Below, in pieces: positions 1 through 11,767 of a stretch of 64,000 nucleotides of DNA. Location: NCBI RefSeq assembly GCF_009914755.1, contig NC_060931.1; one strand, 5' to 3'. Made by a program: the position numbers and the translations under genes. Within the stretch, counting starts at the first letter, position 1, and each line of letters begins with the position of its first letter. The stretch is from the human T2T-CHM13v2.0 reference genome, Homo sapiens. Under the pieces are notes generated by a model, which was not told where the DNA came from, did not search any database, and saw only the letters and a program-made list of their open reading frames with translations.

Positions 1-270
1 TAAGTTCTGTTCAACAAAATGTGACTAGAAGTGTCACATGTGGTTTCTGGGAGGCACACGCTAAAGAGGAGCCACATGCTTCTTGTTCCTTCCTTTTTCC
101 TGATGGCTGGAACTCCAGCAGCCACCTTGGACCACGAGGCCACGTGTGAATGATGGCAGAACCACTATACCACCCCTCTGAAGTTCTATGATATGAGAGA
201 GATATAACTGATGCCTGTCTTATTTAATCCACTACTCTTTTTTGTTGCTATGAGCAGCCAAATCAAGTTC
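1..270 (+). mobile_element. Old ERVL/MaLR-class LTR fragment (LTR33/LTR16/MLT1-like)
   Basis: Degenerate motifs gctggaactccagcagccaccttggaccacgagg and tttaatccact...gttgctatgagcagcc. Confidence 0.5.
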
Positions 271-502
271 TAACAAACACAAGCCCCAATCCTCAGCTGA
301 AGGATCCTTTGGGTGGGGACAGCACAGGAGACATGGCCCCCTCCTGCTTCCTACCAGGAATCCCTGCTCCTTCCTGCCCATATGCCCCCAGGACCTAGGC
401 CGGCCCCCACCTGCCACCTCTTTCTTGAATCAGGTAGCCTTGCATTTACAGAGCACAGGCTGGCAGGCAAGTTCTAAGCCAGCCCTGACACCTACTCACT
501 TA

Positions 503-830
503 CTAACTCATTCATTCAACCTATATTTATGGAACAGCTACTTTGAGCTAAGTGCTATTCTAGGTGCTGTGGCTACAGCACAATGGAAGTCCCTGCCCTC
601 ATGGAACTTACAGTCTAACGGGGAAGAGACAGACAAACAAACAAACCAATGAACACATATCAGGTGACGAGTGCTATGGAGAAAATAAAGGCGAGTAGGA
701 GGAAAAGAGTGTGCTGGGGGGGAGGGGTTTCTAAGCAGAGCAGCCCCGGTAGGCCTCTTTGAGAAAGTGGCATTCATGGGGAGAGCTGAAGGAAGTGAGG
801 GAGTGAACCACGTACATATTGGGAGAAGAG
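503..830 (-). mobile_element. L2 3' fragment
   Basis: cattcattcaac...aagtccctgccctcatggaacttacagtcta is the reverse-complement L2 3' end. Confidence 0.75.
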
Positions 831-1935
831 CTGGTTGTATGATCTACTGCAAGTCCTTGCATCTGTGCCTCAGTTTCTCCTCTCTGGAATGGTCTGTGAG
901 ATAAAGGTCATGCAAAGGCAGGCTACCCCAGCTGGAGGGCTCTGTGGTTCCAATCAGTGTGTTGGGAGTAGGTTGGCATGGGAACCTGGCTGGATGGAGA
1001 CCAAAGGGACTCAGTCCTCAGGCAGAGCTCCATGAATTTCAGGTAAGAAGGAGCTGTGGCTTCAGCCTCACACACAGCCAGTATGTTCAAAAATTACAGA
1101 GTGCCCTCCTCACCGGCTTGCTTAACTGCCGTCCCTTCTACTCTGATCAGGGTCAGGTAGCTGGAAGGTTAAGAAATCAGACAGCGTAGACCCCAGGTCA
1201 GTCCACACATCCCTAGGGGCCTGGCTCTGGGAGGTCCCTGCACCCCAATCCAGGGCCAGATAGCAAGCCTCTCTCAGCCGCTCCTTAGAATTCTCTTCCC
1301 CCTGAGTGGAGGCACATACATAGCCTTCTGGCCATGACAATTGGTGGACGAGGTGCCACCCTACACCCTGGTCCTCGGAAGTGTGAGGTGGCTTATTCCC
1401 AAGGGGAATAAGGCTACAAAAGAAGAGAGGGTGGTGGTGATATATGTCGGGGAAGGGGGTGGGGATGGTTGGAGGTGGCCCAGGGGCCAACCTTAGCTGG
1501 GGGACCCTCTTAGCTGAGGGTCTGTGCTTGCTGCTGCTCCAGCGATTCAGGGCAGGGCCAGGACTCAGAGACAATGCAAGAGCTTGGGATGCGGGAGATG
1601 TGGGCAAGGGCCACTGATGAATCTGCAGCTGAACGCTGCATTTTGTGCAGCCAATTATCCCGCAAACATTTCTTAACCACCTATTTGGCTAGAGGCTGTG
1701 GAAATGACAGGGGGTCCTCAGCCAGTGGGCCAGTGGCAAACACCGACATATTTAGGCACAATGCATGGTGGCCAGTGCTATGGCACAGTATTCCAGGCAC
1801 CCTTAGGAGTCTAACTCTTAAATAGCAACATGGCCCCAAGCCTCAATTTACCCTTATGGTAGAGGGGTAGGGAAAGAGATGTGGGCACAGTATAGGTTTG
1901 TCACCATCCTAAAGTCCTTTTTAAAGAGGTTTTTC

Positions 1936-2222
1936 GCCAGGCATGATGGCTCATGCCTGTAATCCTAGCACTGGGAGGCTGAGGTGGGCAGATCACTCAA
2001 GGTTAGGCGTTCAAGACCAGCCTGGCCAACATGGTGAGACCCTATTTCTACAGAAATTAGCTGGGTGTGGTGGCGCATGCCTGTAGTCCCAGCTACTCAG
2101 GAGGCTGAGGCAGGAGGATGTCTTGAATCTGGGAGGCAGAGGTTGCAGCAAGCCACCTGCACTCCACCCTTGGCAACACAGCGAGATTCCATCTCAAAAA
2201 AAAAAGAAGTAAAATAAAAAAA
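1936..2222 (+). mobile_element. Alu (J/S) with A-rich tail
   Basis: Dimeric Alu consensus similarity. Confidence 0.9.
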
Positions 2223-2319
2223 TATATAAAGGGGATTTGGTGAGTTTTTCCAATTCCCAGGAGGGAATCAGCACTGAAAGGGCTGAGTTCTATTCTGGTA
2301 TTTACAGCTGACACGTATG

Positions 2320-2380
2320 CGCACATGCACACACATACATGCACGCACACACACACACACGCACACACACGTGTGCACAC
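2320..2380. repeat. Imperfect (CA)n/(CG) purine-pyrimidine tract
   Basis: Seen directly. Confidence 0.85.
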
Positions 2381-3215
2381 CCACCTCCTGGAAAGCTATT
2401 TATTGAGAGTCACTGGGAACTTGGGCGAATGAACCCACCTCCCTGGCCTGCAATCCCCCATTTGAAACAAGCAGGTTGTAGTAGATGATTTCCAGAAGGC
2501 TCCCCAGCTCTAGAATTCTGTGTCCTATGATTTTCTGGCTCATTTAGAAGTGGTGTGGAAAGTACCCTTTGCCAACCGAATTCCACATTGCACAGCCTGC
2601 AGGCTGCCGACTCGAAGCAGTCATATGGCAAATGTTACTGCAAATATGAAGAGGCTCCTTTAAGGGATCCTCTGTGTCAATTTTCTTGAAGGCTTTTCTT
2701 ATAGAGAATGCCCCCGTCATTTGGCCTGTGCAGGGTAGGAGTCACCATCCCAGATCTGCTACATCACTTGATTTCTTAACAGCCCCATAGAGCAGACAGG
2801 ATACATGATAAAGAGAGGCCCATCCAACTTAGCCCATGTTCCTGGGTCCGGGACAGGAAACCCCACCAGCTGAGCTCCCTGCCCTGCTTCATGGCCAGTG
2901 GGTGCAAATAGGAAATGAGCCCAGAGCTGGGTAAAGAGCTCCTGGCTGAGGTCCAGTGAAAGTGTCCAGGCAGGCTCAGGCTGGTGGGTAGGGATGGGCA
3001 GGGCAATGCCATTCTCTTTCTCTGATTATGTAGGAATGACTTCCATTTCAGCTAGAGCAAAGCTTGCATTCAGCAGCCCTGAAGAGGGCCTCTGCCTCAA
3101 AGGGTGTGAAGAAGCAGCACTTCCTGGAATAGGGGTCATCTACGTCCCCTCCTGAGAAGTCCAGTGAACTGGAGACACGATTCCTCCCACTTCCCTTAAG
3201 AGTGAAGGGCTCTGA

Positions 3216-3621
<406 letters not shown>

Positions 3622-4350
3622 CTAGCTGCTGGAGAACAAGCCCACTGGCCAGACATCCCTTCCCAGGATGCAAACTCCCCTTCCAGGGAGCCTAAAGCCA
3701 GGGCTGAAGCCGGTTCCCCTCAGTTCTACAGTCCAGAGTATCCCAAGCGACCGCTCAGCGCTGGGTGCTGGGCTGGGCCCTGGAGGTGGTGATAAGTATG
3801 TTGTTGGCCCCTCGAGGGCCTCACCGCATGGTGGAGGAGACACACAGATCATGGAACACACTTTGGTTCTCCCTAGGAAACCAGGGAAGGCATCTCAGAG
3901 ATGATGCCTGAGGGTGGCTAGGAGTGGCTCTTCCCCTCCCTCCCTGCAAGGGGGGGAATTCTAACCACAGGGAGTCTAGTCCCCTTCCCCTCTCAGCTTT
4001 CCACAGGGCAGTGGTGTTAAAACCCCAGGCAGCACCCTCCTCTCCTTTCAAACATGGGTTCCTGAGGAAAACCAGATGGGGGACAGCCTCCATGCCTCTT
4101 CCCCCACCTTCTCTAGGCCTGGGGGACACCCTGAGGACCCTCCTGGGCAGGCCACGCTCCCCTCCTCAGCCCTTCTCTGGACGACCACACTCCAAAGCTC
4201 TGGCCACACTGACACCAGGTGCTTTTGGGTCTGCCCTTGAATGGCTGGGCTCCTAACCCCGCCATGTCCAGCTCGCTCCTGCCTCAGATCCTGTCCCAAG
4301 CTGCACCATGCTGGGAACACCCACATTCCCCCACCCCAGCCCTGGGCACC

Positions 4351-4646
4351 TTGTTTTTTTCCTTGAGTCAGGGTCTCCCTCTGTTGCCCAGGCTGGAGAG
4401 CAGTGGCGTGATCTTGGCTCACTGCAACCTCTGTCTCCCACGTTCAAGCAATTCTCCTACCTCAGTCTCCTGAGTAGCTGGGACTACAGGCGTGTGCCAC
4501 TACCATGCCCAGCTAATTTTTTTGTCTTTTTAGTACAGTCTTACTAGGTTGCCCAGGCTGGTCTTGAACTCCTAGGCTCAAGTGATCCTCCCACCTTGGC
4601 CTCTCAAATTTGCTGGGATTCCAGGCGTGAGCAGCCACACCCTGCC
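4351..4646 (-). mobile_element. AluJ-like
   Basis: Reverse Alu consensus. Confidence 0.88.
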
Positions 4647-5039
4647 ACCGTGGAATTTTCTCTCCAGTTCTGAGAGCTAATCTCCCCAAAGCCTCAATGA
4701 CTCCATCTCAAGAACCACCATCACAGACTCCCCGACCCTAATCTGCATCTCCCCTACACACTACAATTCATAGAGCCTCAGCCACATTAGGAAACACTGA
4801 CCCTTTTAATTTTAAAATCCCTATGTGAAAACCCCACCTCCTTCAGGAAGCTTTCTCCAGACCTCCAGACCACCCCTTCCAAATCTTATACTCTTTTCCA
4901 TATGCCTCCCTCTCCCACAGAGTGGCACTGGGGCTTCAGTTTTTATTATCATATATCCACTGATACCCACAAACATTGGCAGGATCCCAATGCCTGGGGT
5001 CCCTTAAACCCACCAGGTGCTCAATATATATGCTTACTA

Positions 5040-5260
5040 ATCATCATAGCTATTTTTTGAGTGTTGATCCTGAGTTGGGCGTAAAGCCAAGCCCATGATA
5101 TATATACTCGCTCATCTTCATAGCAACCCACAAGGTAGGGCTGTTATTACTTTATAGATGAAGAAACTGAGGTTCAGGGAGGTCCACTATTTTGTCCATG
5201 GTCATGCACATCTCTCTGACCCAAAGTCTGAGTGTTTCCACCCCACCAAGCTGCCTTTCT
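5040..5260 (-). mobile_element. MIR
   Basis: Core tttatagatgaagaaactgaggttcagggagg. Confidence 0.65.
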
Positions 5261-7819
5261 GTTGCCCAGAATTCATCCATTGAACATCAGATTGAGAGTA
5301 CTGAATCAGCTTGTCCTTTCAGTAGCTGAGGGAACACGGAACCCCAGATATCTTATCATGGTGGAACTAGAGGTCCCTTTGGTTCTTTTATTCTATCTCA
5401 CAAATAACGAAACGGAGGCACGGAGATGTGACTTACCATTGTGGTTCTGCCAGATGGTTATCAAACCAAAAAGCACTGAAAGGGGGTCTGATGAATTGTC
5501 CAACCCTTAAGGTGAATGCTTTCTTTGCTGTAGGCTGCATAATCTGCCCATATATTGGAAGGTAAGCTGGGGGAGAGGGGCAGGGATGGACCTGTCTGGG
5601 GATAATTCCTTTGTTGCAGAGACTCGAGCTATAAATCTTTCTTGCTTTGAATCAAATCACAGGATTCCAGCAGATGGGGGGCAGTGTTTATGCTATTCCC
5701 GATGACAGCAGCCCAGGCGACCACACCTTCAGAAGGACAGGGATGGAGCTGGCCTTACTGAGTCCCTAGAGGGTGGTGTAGAATGCACCATAGCTACTGA
5801 ACAGACCAATCTTGCCGCAACATGCCCCCCACAAGCCTTTTCTGGCCTCAATACATGCAAATCATCATCACCATCATGATCATCATCCTCTCCCCATCCC
5901 CCACTTAGCACTTTGCACTTTTCTAAGTGCTTCCCAACAGTGCTGCATACTATAATGCATACAGTGCTCAGATAGGCCAAGTTACTTGCTGGTTAGAGCA
6001 GGCACTGGGTTATGGTCATTTTTGTTTGCCACATACCAAACTTCTGCCATGTGCCAAACCCTGTGTTAGGCCAGAAGTGGTGCTTCATGGAAGAGACATG
6101 GTTTCTGGCAGTGCCCAGGTGCCAGGAAAAACAGTGCCATCCTTGAAGCCAGCAGTGAGCTGGAGTCAGAGCTTTGCCCACTGGTGACTTATGAACATTT
6201 CCTTTTAGGGCAGACAGGGAGGGTCTTGTCCCACAGTGCCTCCCACTCCTCAAAGGAAGGGTGGCTCAGCTTCCTTAAGCTCAGAAGCACTAGGGACTAA
6301 CCCCTCTTTCCTGACACAGCCCAACGCCCTTCTGGGTGGTTCTAAGAGGCTTCCCAACAAAAGGTTCGTATGAAGGCCCACCCTGAAGTCCAGCTGTCCC
6401 CAGAGTAGGGCTAAGGAGCCACCATACTCTCGTGTCATCTCAACCCTGCATGTCGTGTGGCTCTTCAGTGATTGCCACTCTGAAAGCTGTTCTGACTGTT
6501 CCTCACACTGCAGCCCCTCTTCCAGGGACACACATTCTTCCCCCCGCCGGGACCTTCCCTTTCTAGTCAGGCTGGTGGAGTCTCCCGCCGGCCACAGGAG
6601 GATGCCCACGCCTGCCTGCTCCCTGAGTGCCAGCGCCTGCCCACTACCAAAGGTTTCCTGCGGTGCAGAGGAGAGACTGTACTGCCCTTCCATCTCCCCT
6701 GGCCCCTTAGAGTCCAGTCCCAAACTGCCGGCACCTGCTCACAGCAGAATCCCTACCCTGTCTGTGCTGTCCCCGCAGTCCTCCTGGCCCTAGGGTGATC
6801 ACACCACCTCAGCTCTTCCTGCAGACATGTGCTCAGGTGGGCAAAAGAGAATGAGAAATGCACCTCTCCCGTGGGGCTGAGCTGACTCTGGCTGTTCCCT
6901 AGGGGCTTAAGAACACCTGTTCTGGTTGAGTTTGCAGCCATCGCCTGTCCCCCAAAAGGGAAAGAGTAACATTTCACCTTGAAAAGAAACAGGGAGGGGA
7001 TGTTTCTGAGGTGCAGGTGTTTCATGAGAGACAGGTACATTTTCTAAGGTGTGTCTAAAATGCAGCCCAATCCTATTCTACGAGAGAGAAGTTCCCGTTT
7101 GAACAAGTTCCCGTTTGAACAAGAGGATTCGAGGGGGGTCTCACCATCGTAGCCACGCACTAAGAAGCGATTGTTTTAGGGACACGGAGGTAGGACCCCC
7201 ACTCAGCCAGGTGACTCTGGGACTGTGGAAGGTCCACTTACGACTCTGTACCTGCCCCAGCACGGGCTCAAGGAGTTGAGCCTGCACACATTACTTAGAA
7301 AAAACCTCTGCAAACGGGTAAGTACATCGCCCGCGTGGGCCGTGGCTGGAGGCTTGTCACCTGCTTCAGGGACTTCCTCGGGAGCCTCTCGCCTGCCTCT
7401 TTGCCTGGAATTAACGAATACACACTACAGCCCCTCATTCCCTCCAACACGAAGGAAAGGTGTAATCAGATCCCGAGAGTCCCGCAGAAGCGTGGAGCCT
7501 CGCGGTGCGGTCTCCCTTTTCTTTCCCATGCAAACCCACTTAGCACCGGCGCGCCCCTGTTTGCCCGGGCAGAATCCACCGCCCACTCCTCCCGAGTGGA
7601 GAGTGGAGACGAATCTACGCCCAGGCCCTGCACCTGCCGCGCTGCGGAGTTTGGAGGGGGCGTGGATGGTGCAAGGTCAGGGCTCCGTGTGTGACCCCGG
7701 CGGTGATAGGGCTGCTCGGGGTCGGACCACGCGGCGCGCCGGGCTTCCCTGCAGCTCGGCCGGGCAGGGGGCACATGGGCACGGTGGGAGTCCCGGCGGA
7801 ACCCAGGCCGGCCACTCAC

Positions 7820-7919
7820 CATTCTGGGAGGGCGACGGCGACGGCGACGGCGACGACGGCAGCAGCGGCGGCGTTGACAACAGTAGCAGCAGCGCCGAGA
7901 GCGCCAGCGCGCAGCGCAT
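7820..7919 (-). CDS. PODXL: Podocalyxin coding exon 1 (signal peptide and start of mucin domain; 33 codons + 1 nt, phase-1 intron)
   Basis: ATG at 7919-7917 in context ACG-ATG-C (A at -3). Translation MRCALALSALLLLLSTPPLLPSSPSPSPSPSQN matches the podocalyxin N-terminus. Exon ends at CAGAATG|GTGAGT (GT at 7819-7818). Confidence 0.97.
7831..7854 (-). repeat. Coding hexanucleotide repeat (GGCGAC)4 encoding the Ser-Pro tract
   Basis: Four perfect units seen directly. Confidence 0.95.
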
Positions 7920-8200
7920 CGTGTCGTCGCCTCTGGGCCGGGAGCAGGTGGCTGCGGTGCCGGCGGAGGATCCGCGCGTCCGGGCGGTAGGAGCGTGGGC
8001 GCCGCCCGGGGAGGCCTGTGGGTGGCTCCGGAGGCCAGGCTGTGGCCCGGGGCTCCCGAGTCGCGCTGCGGCGGCTCTTCCTCCCTGCCGCTGCAGCAGA
8101 GCCGGGCTGGGGCGCAGAGCCAGTGGCAGAGGAGCGGCGGCGGCGGCGGCTGCGTCCTGGGCGGCGTCTGCGCGGCTGCGGCCCCACTGGCGGCTGCGGC
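7920..8200 (-). other. PODXL: PODXL 5' UTR (exon 1 non-coding part; TSS approximate)
   Basis: GC-rich, no upstream ATG on the minus strand, contains a (GCC)n tract, lies just downstream of the GC-box cluster. TSS position is inferred. Confidence 0.75.
8134..8150. repeat. (GCG/CGG)n trinucleotide tract in the 5' UTR
   Basis: GCGGCGGCGGCGGCGGC seen directly. Confidence 0.9.
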
Positions 8201-8450
8201 TACTCCTGGCCCGTCCCGTCAGCGCCGGCCCCCGCCCCCGCCCCCGCCCCCGCCCCTCCCCCTCCCCCAGGAGCCCGCCAGCGGCGGCGGCCGGGCCGGG
8301 CGGGGCCGGGGCCGGGGCTGGGCGGGCGCTGGGCCGTGAACAATGAGCAGAGGAGGAAACTCCGCCCTGGAGCGCGACGGGCGGGAGGGCCGGCGGCCTC
8401 CGCGCCTTGGGGGGCTGTGTGTGCGCGGGGGCCAGGGCGGGGGGCTCCTG
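8200..8450 (-). promoter_or_regulatory. PODXL TATA-less core/proximal promoter with tandem Sp/KLF and EGR/WT1-type sites
   Basis: (CCCCCG)4 at about 8229-8252 gives overlapping GCGGGGGCG and GGGGCGGGG on the minus strand. Further GGGCGG boxes to about 8445. SOX-like AACAATG at 8339-8345. No TATA box. Confidence 0.8.
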
Positions 8451-8759
8451 CGGTGCAGCCGGGCCCCGTCCACAGGTGTCCCGAACAGGTGTGTCCCCCC
8501 GAGTGCTTCTAAGTGGGCCCGGCGGGATCCCCCAGCACACCGCCGGGGCCCTCGCACTACGAGCAAATCCGGAGCGGGCGGACCCCCAGCCTTGCGTGGT
8601 AACTGATAACCATTCACGGCCTCCCGGGCTGCTGCGCGTTCTGCAGCGACCCCGGAGAAGCTCATCTCCCACCTGCCAAGTGCAATTCACCTGCCTGTGG
8701 GGCCCCCATCCCGCACGGCTTCTGAGCGGGGTCTCTCTGCAGCTAGGTGTGCAGCGGGC

Positions 8760-9335
8760 AAGCTGGACTAATTCACTCCTTCACCTCTCCAAGGGTAGGT
8801 TCCTTACCTGTGAAATGGAGATGATGGTTAAAAAACAACAGCAACAACAATTTCAGGGATGAATGTGTGCCAGGCTTTACATATATTAATTCTTTTACTC
8901 TTCATGACAACCATATTTTTAGCCTCATTTTGCAGACAGGGCAATTGAGTCAAAAAGAGGTTAAGAAACTTCCTGAGGCCACATAACGGGTAAGTGGCAA
9001 ACCTGCCTCTGAGAGAAGTTTGGAGAAATACCGTGCACCGTGCCTGGAATATAGTAATTGCTCTGCAAGGAGTGGTTATTACTCTTATTCCTGCTATATA
9101 AAGAACAGCTATAAAGATTAGGGCTTTTGGGTCAAAACAGGCTGGGGCTCAAAACCTAACTGTGCCAATCTATTAATTGTAAAACCCTAGGCAAGCTATT
9201 CTCAGTACCTCATTTCTTTTTATCTGTAAAATAGGGATAATAACACCTACCTCAGGGGGTTGTTGGGAAACTTAAATGTGATCTTACAAGATAATACTTA
9301 GCCTAGGGCCAGGAACACAAAAGTCTCAATGAATG
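8760..9335. mobile_element. Cluster of MIR fragments in both orientations
   Basis: cctcattttgcagacagggcaattgag and ctcagtacctcatttc...atctgtaaaatagggataataacacctacctc. Confidence 0.65.
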
Positions 9336-9449
9336 AAGTAGTTCGCCCTCCAAGTGAGGATCAGAGATATTTGCACACTGGGGGTGGGAGTGGGTGTTGG
9401 AGAATTCCGTAAACTGAGTTTATCCGGTGAAAGAACAAAGAAGTTCCTT

Positions 9450-9900
9450 TCCCCTCCCCCGCTCCCCTCCTTTTTTCCACCCCCAAAGCTGCCTGGGAGA
9501 CGCAGACCCCAGGCCCGCCTGAAGAGGAGGCACATCGGCGGAGCCGGGAAGCGGAGGGGGCGAGGGGTGATTAACCTTGGAACCCGGGTACGGCGTAAAT
9601 TTGGCTCACGTGACTCCGGGGTTGCTAATCTGGAGTCTATCTGCCAGATGGGGCTGGGTGGAGGGGTTTTCTCCAGGATCTAGCCGCGTCCCGGGCACAG
9701 GGGACTCCGTGAGCCCCTCAAGTCGGCTGCAAGCAGGCGATGCCTGCAGGGCACTGCGTCCCTGGAGCCGCGAAGGAAGCGCTGGAGCCCTGGCTGGGGT
9801 TCCGTGGCAGCCGGCCTCAAGCTTGGGAAGGGCTGACGGGGTTGTTTTCATCAGGAAGTTTCTGCAGGATCGTTCTGGCCCCGTTTTCCACACCGCATAT
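9450..9900. promoter_or_regulatory. Secondary CpG-rich upstream element (promoter- or enhancer-like)
   Basis: Local CpG enrichment, GC boxes, TCACGTGA E-box at 9606-9613, ETS CAGGAAGT at 9852-9859. Confidence 0.55.
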
Positions 9901-10699
9901 GGGAAAGACAGAGGGTGTTCCCTATGAATACTCTGGGATATTTGTGTGTGTGACTATCTTTGATGTTTTTTTAGTACTGTTCCCCTGATATCATGTCAAC
10001 AAAAGGCTTGTTTCTCTTCTGAAACCAAGCAATATATATATATATTTTTTTTTTACACTGGGATTTTAAAAAATGTGTATCGCACTCTGATTTAAACAGT
10101 GTTTTTGCACTCAATCATTCAATTTATCTAAAAACTCAGAAGCAATCATGTTAACTTTATAAAGAGAGAGCGTATATTTTGAAGCTTAGGGCATTTTAAA
10201 TTCACATGATTTGGGATTGGTGCCATTACAAGATCATGCAAAATTAAAATGAGAGCAGACATCTGGGCTTAGAGAAGACATAGAAAAGTTACAATTGTGC
10301 TGGACTCTCCCCAGTATCCAACAGCCCCCCTCAACTTATGCACAACGTGGCTTTCTGGAATGAGGCTGGCTGGGTTTTGAGGTCACTGGTGGCCACTGAG
10401 ATGAGCTACCCCCAGGTAACTGGCCTGTGCCTTTGGCCCCATTTAGCATTGTGCTCTAACTAGCAAGCTCGCCAGCCCAGAACACCTGAGCTTATATTTG
10501 AAACCCAAAGCACTTTATGGGTGCTGTTTTTGAAGCTTTTCATCAGGAAGTTTCTGCAGGATCATTCCTTCTGGGATTTGTTGCATTTTGGTTATTTGTA
10601 TACATGCGTTAGCTCTCCTAGCAGACATTCAGCTTCTTTAACATGGCGTCTTTCTTATTCATCCTTTACTTACTCAGACCACCAAGAACAGCACATCAC

Positions 10700-10965
10700 T
10701 TTTTTTTTTTTTTTTTTTTTTTTGAGACAGAGTCTTGCTCCTGTTGCCCAGGCTGCCTCCGCCTCCCAGGTTCAAGCAATTCTCCTGCCTCAGCCTCCTA
10801 AGTAGCTAGGATTACAGGCATCTGCCACCACACCCGGCTAATTTTGTATTTTTAGTAGAGACGGGGTTTCTCCATGTTGGTCAGGCTGGTCTCGAACTCC
10901 CGACCTCAGGTGATCTGCCCGCCTCGGCCTCCCAAAGTGCTGGGATTACTGGCGAGAGCCACCGC
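10700..10965 (-). mobile_element. AluS-like with a ~35-bp internal deletion in the right arm
   Basis: Junction caggctg|cctccgcc skips the gagtgca...cactgcaa block. Confidence 0.88.

Positions 10966-11767
<802 letters not shown>

Larger units (their letters stand above)
7330..8760. promoter_or_regulatory. CpG island spanning the PODXL promoter, exon 1 and start of intron 1
   Basis: Very high GC content and dense CpG compared with CpG-depleted flanks. Confidence 0.92.

Noticed and set aside
7677-7819. Continuation of the PODXL frame (GEWPAWVPPG...HTEP) past the donor
   Set aside because: Intronic read-through after a strong GTGAGT donor; it does not resemble podocalyxin.
7225-8346. 373-aa plus-strand ORF antisense to PODXL exon 1 (and other long ORFs over the CpG island)
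   Set aside because: Non-ATG start, low-complexity Ala/Arg/Pro/Gly composition; long ORFs in all frames are expected at this GC content.
7089-10567. Short direct repeats as a CRISPR-like array
   Set aside because: Only two copies each, no regular spacers, and a eukaryotic context.
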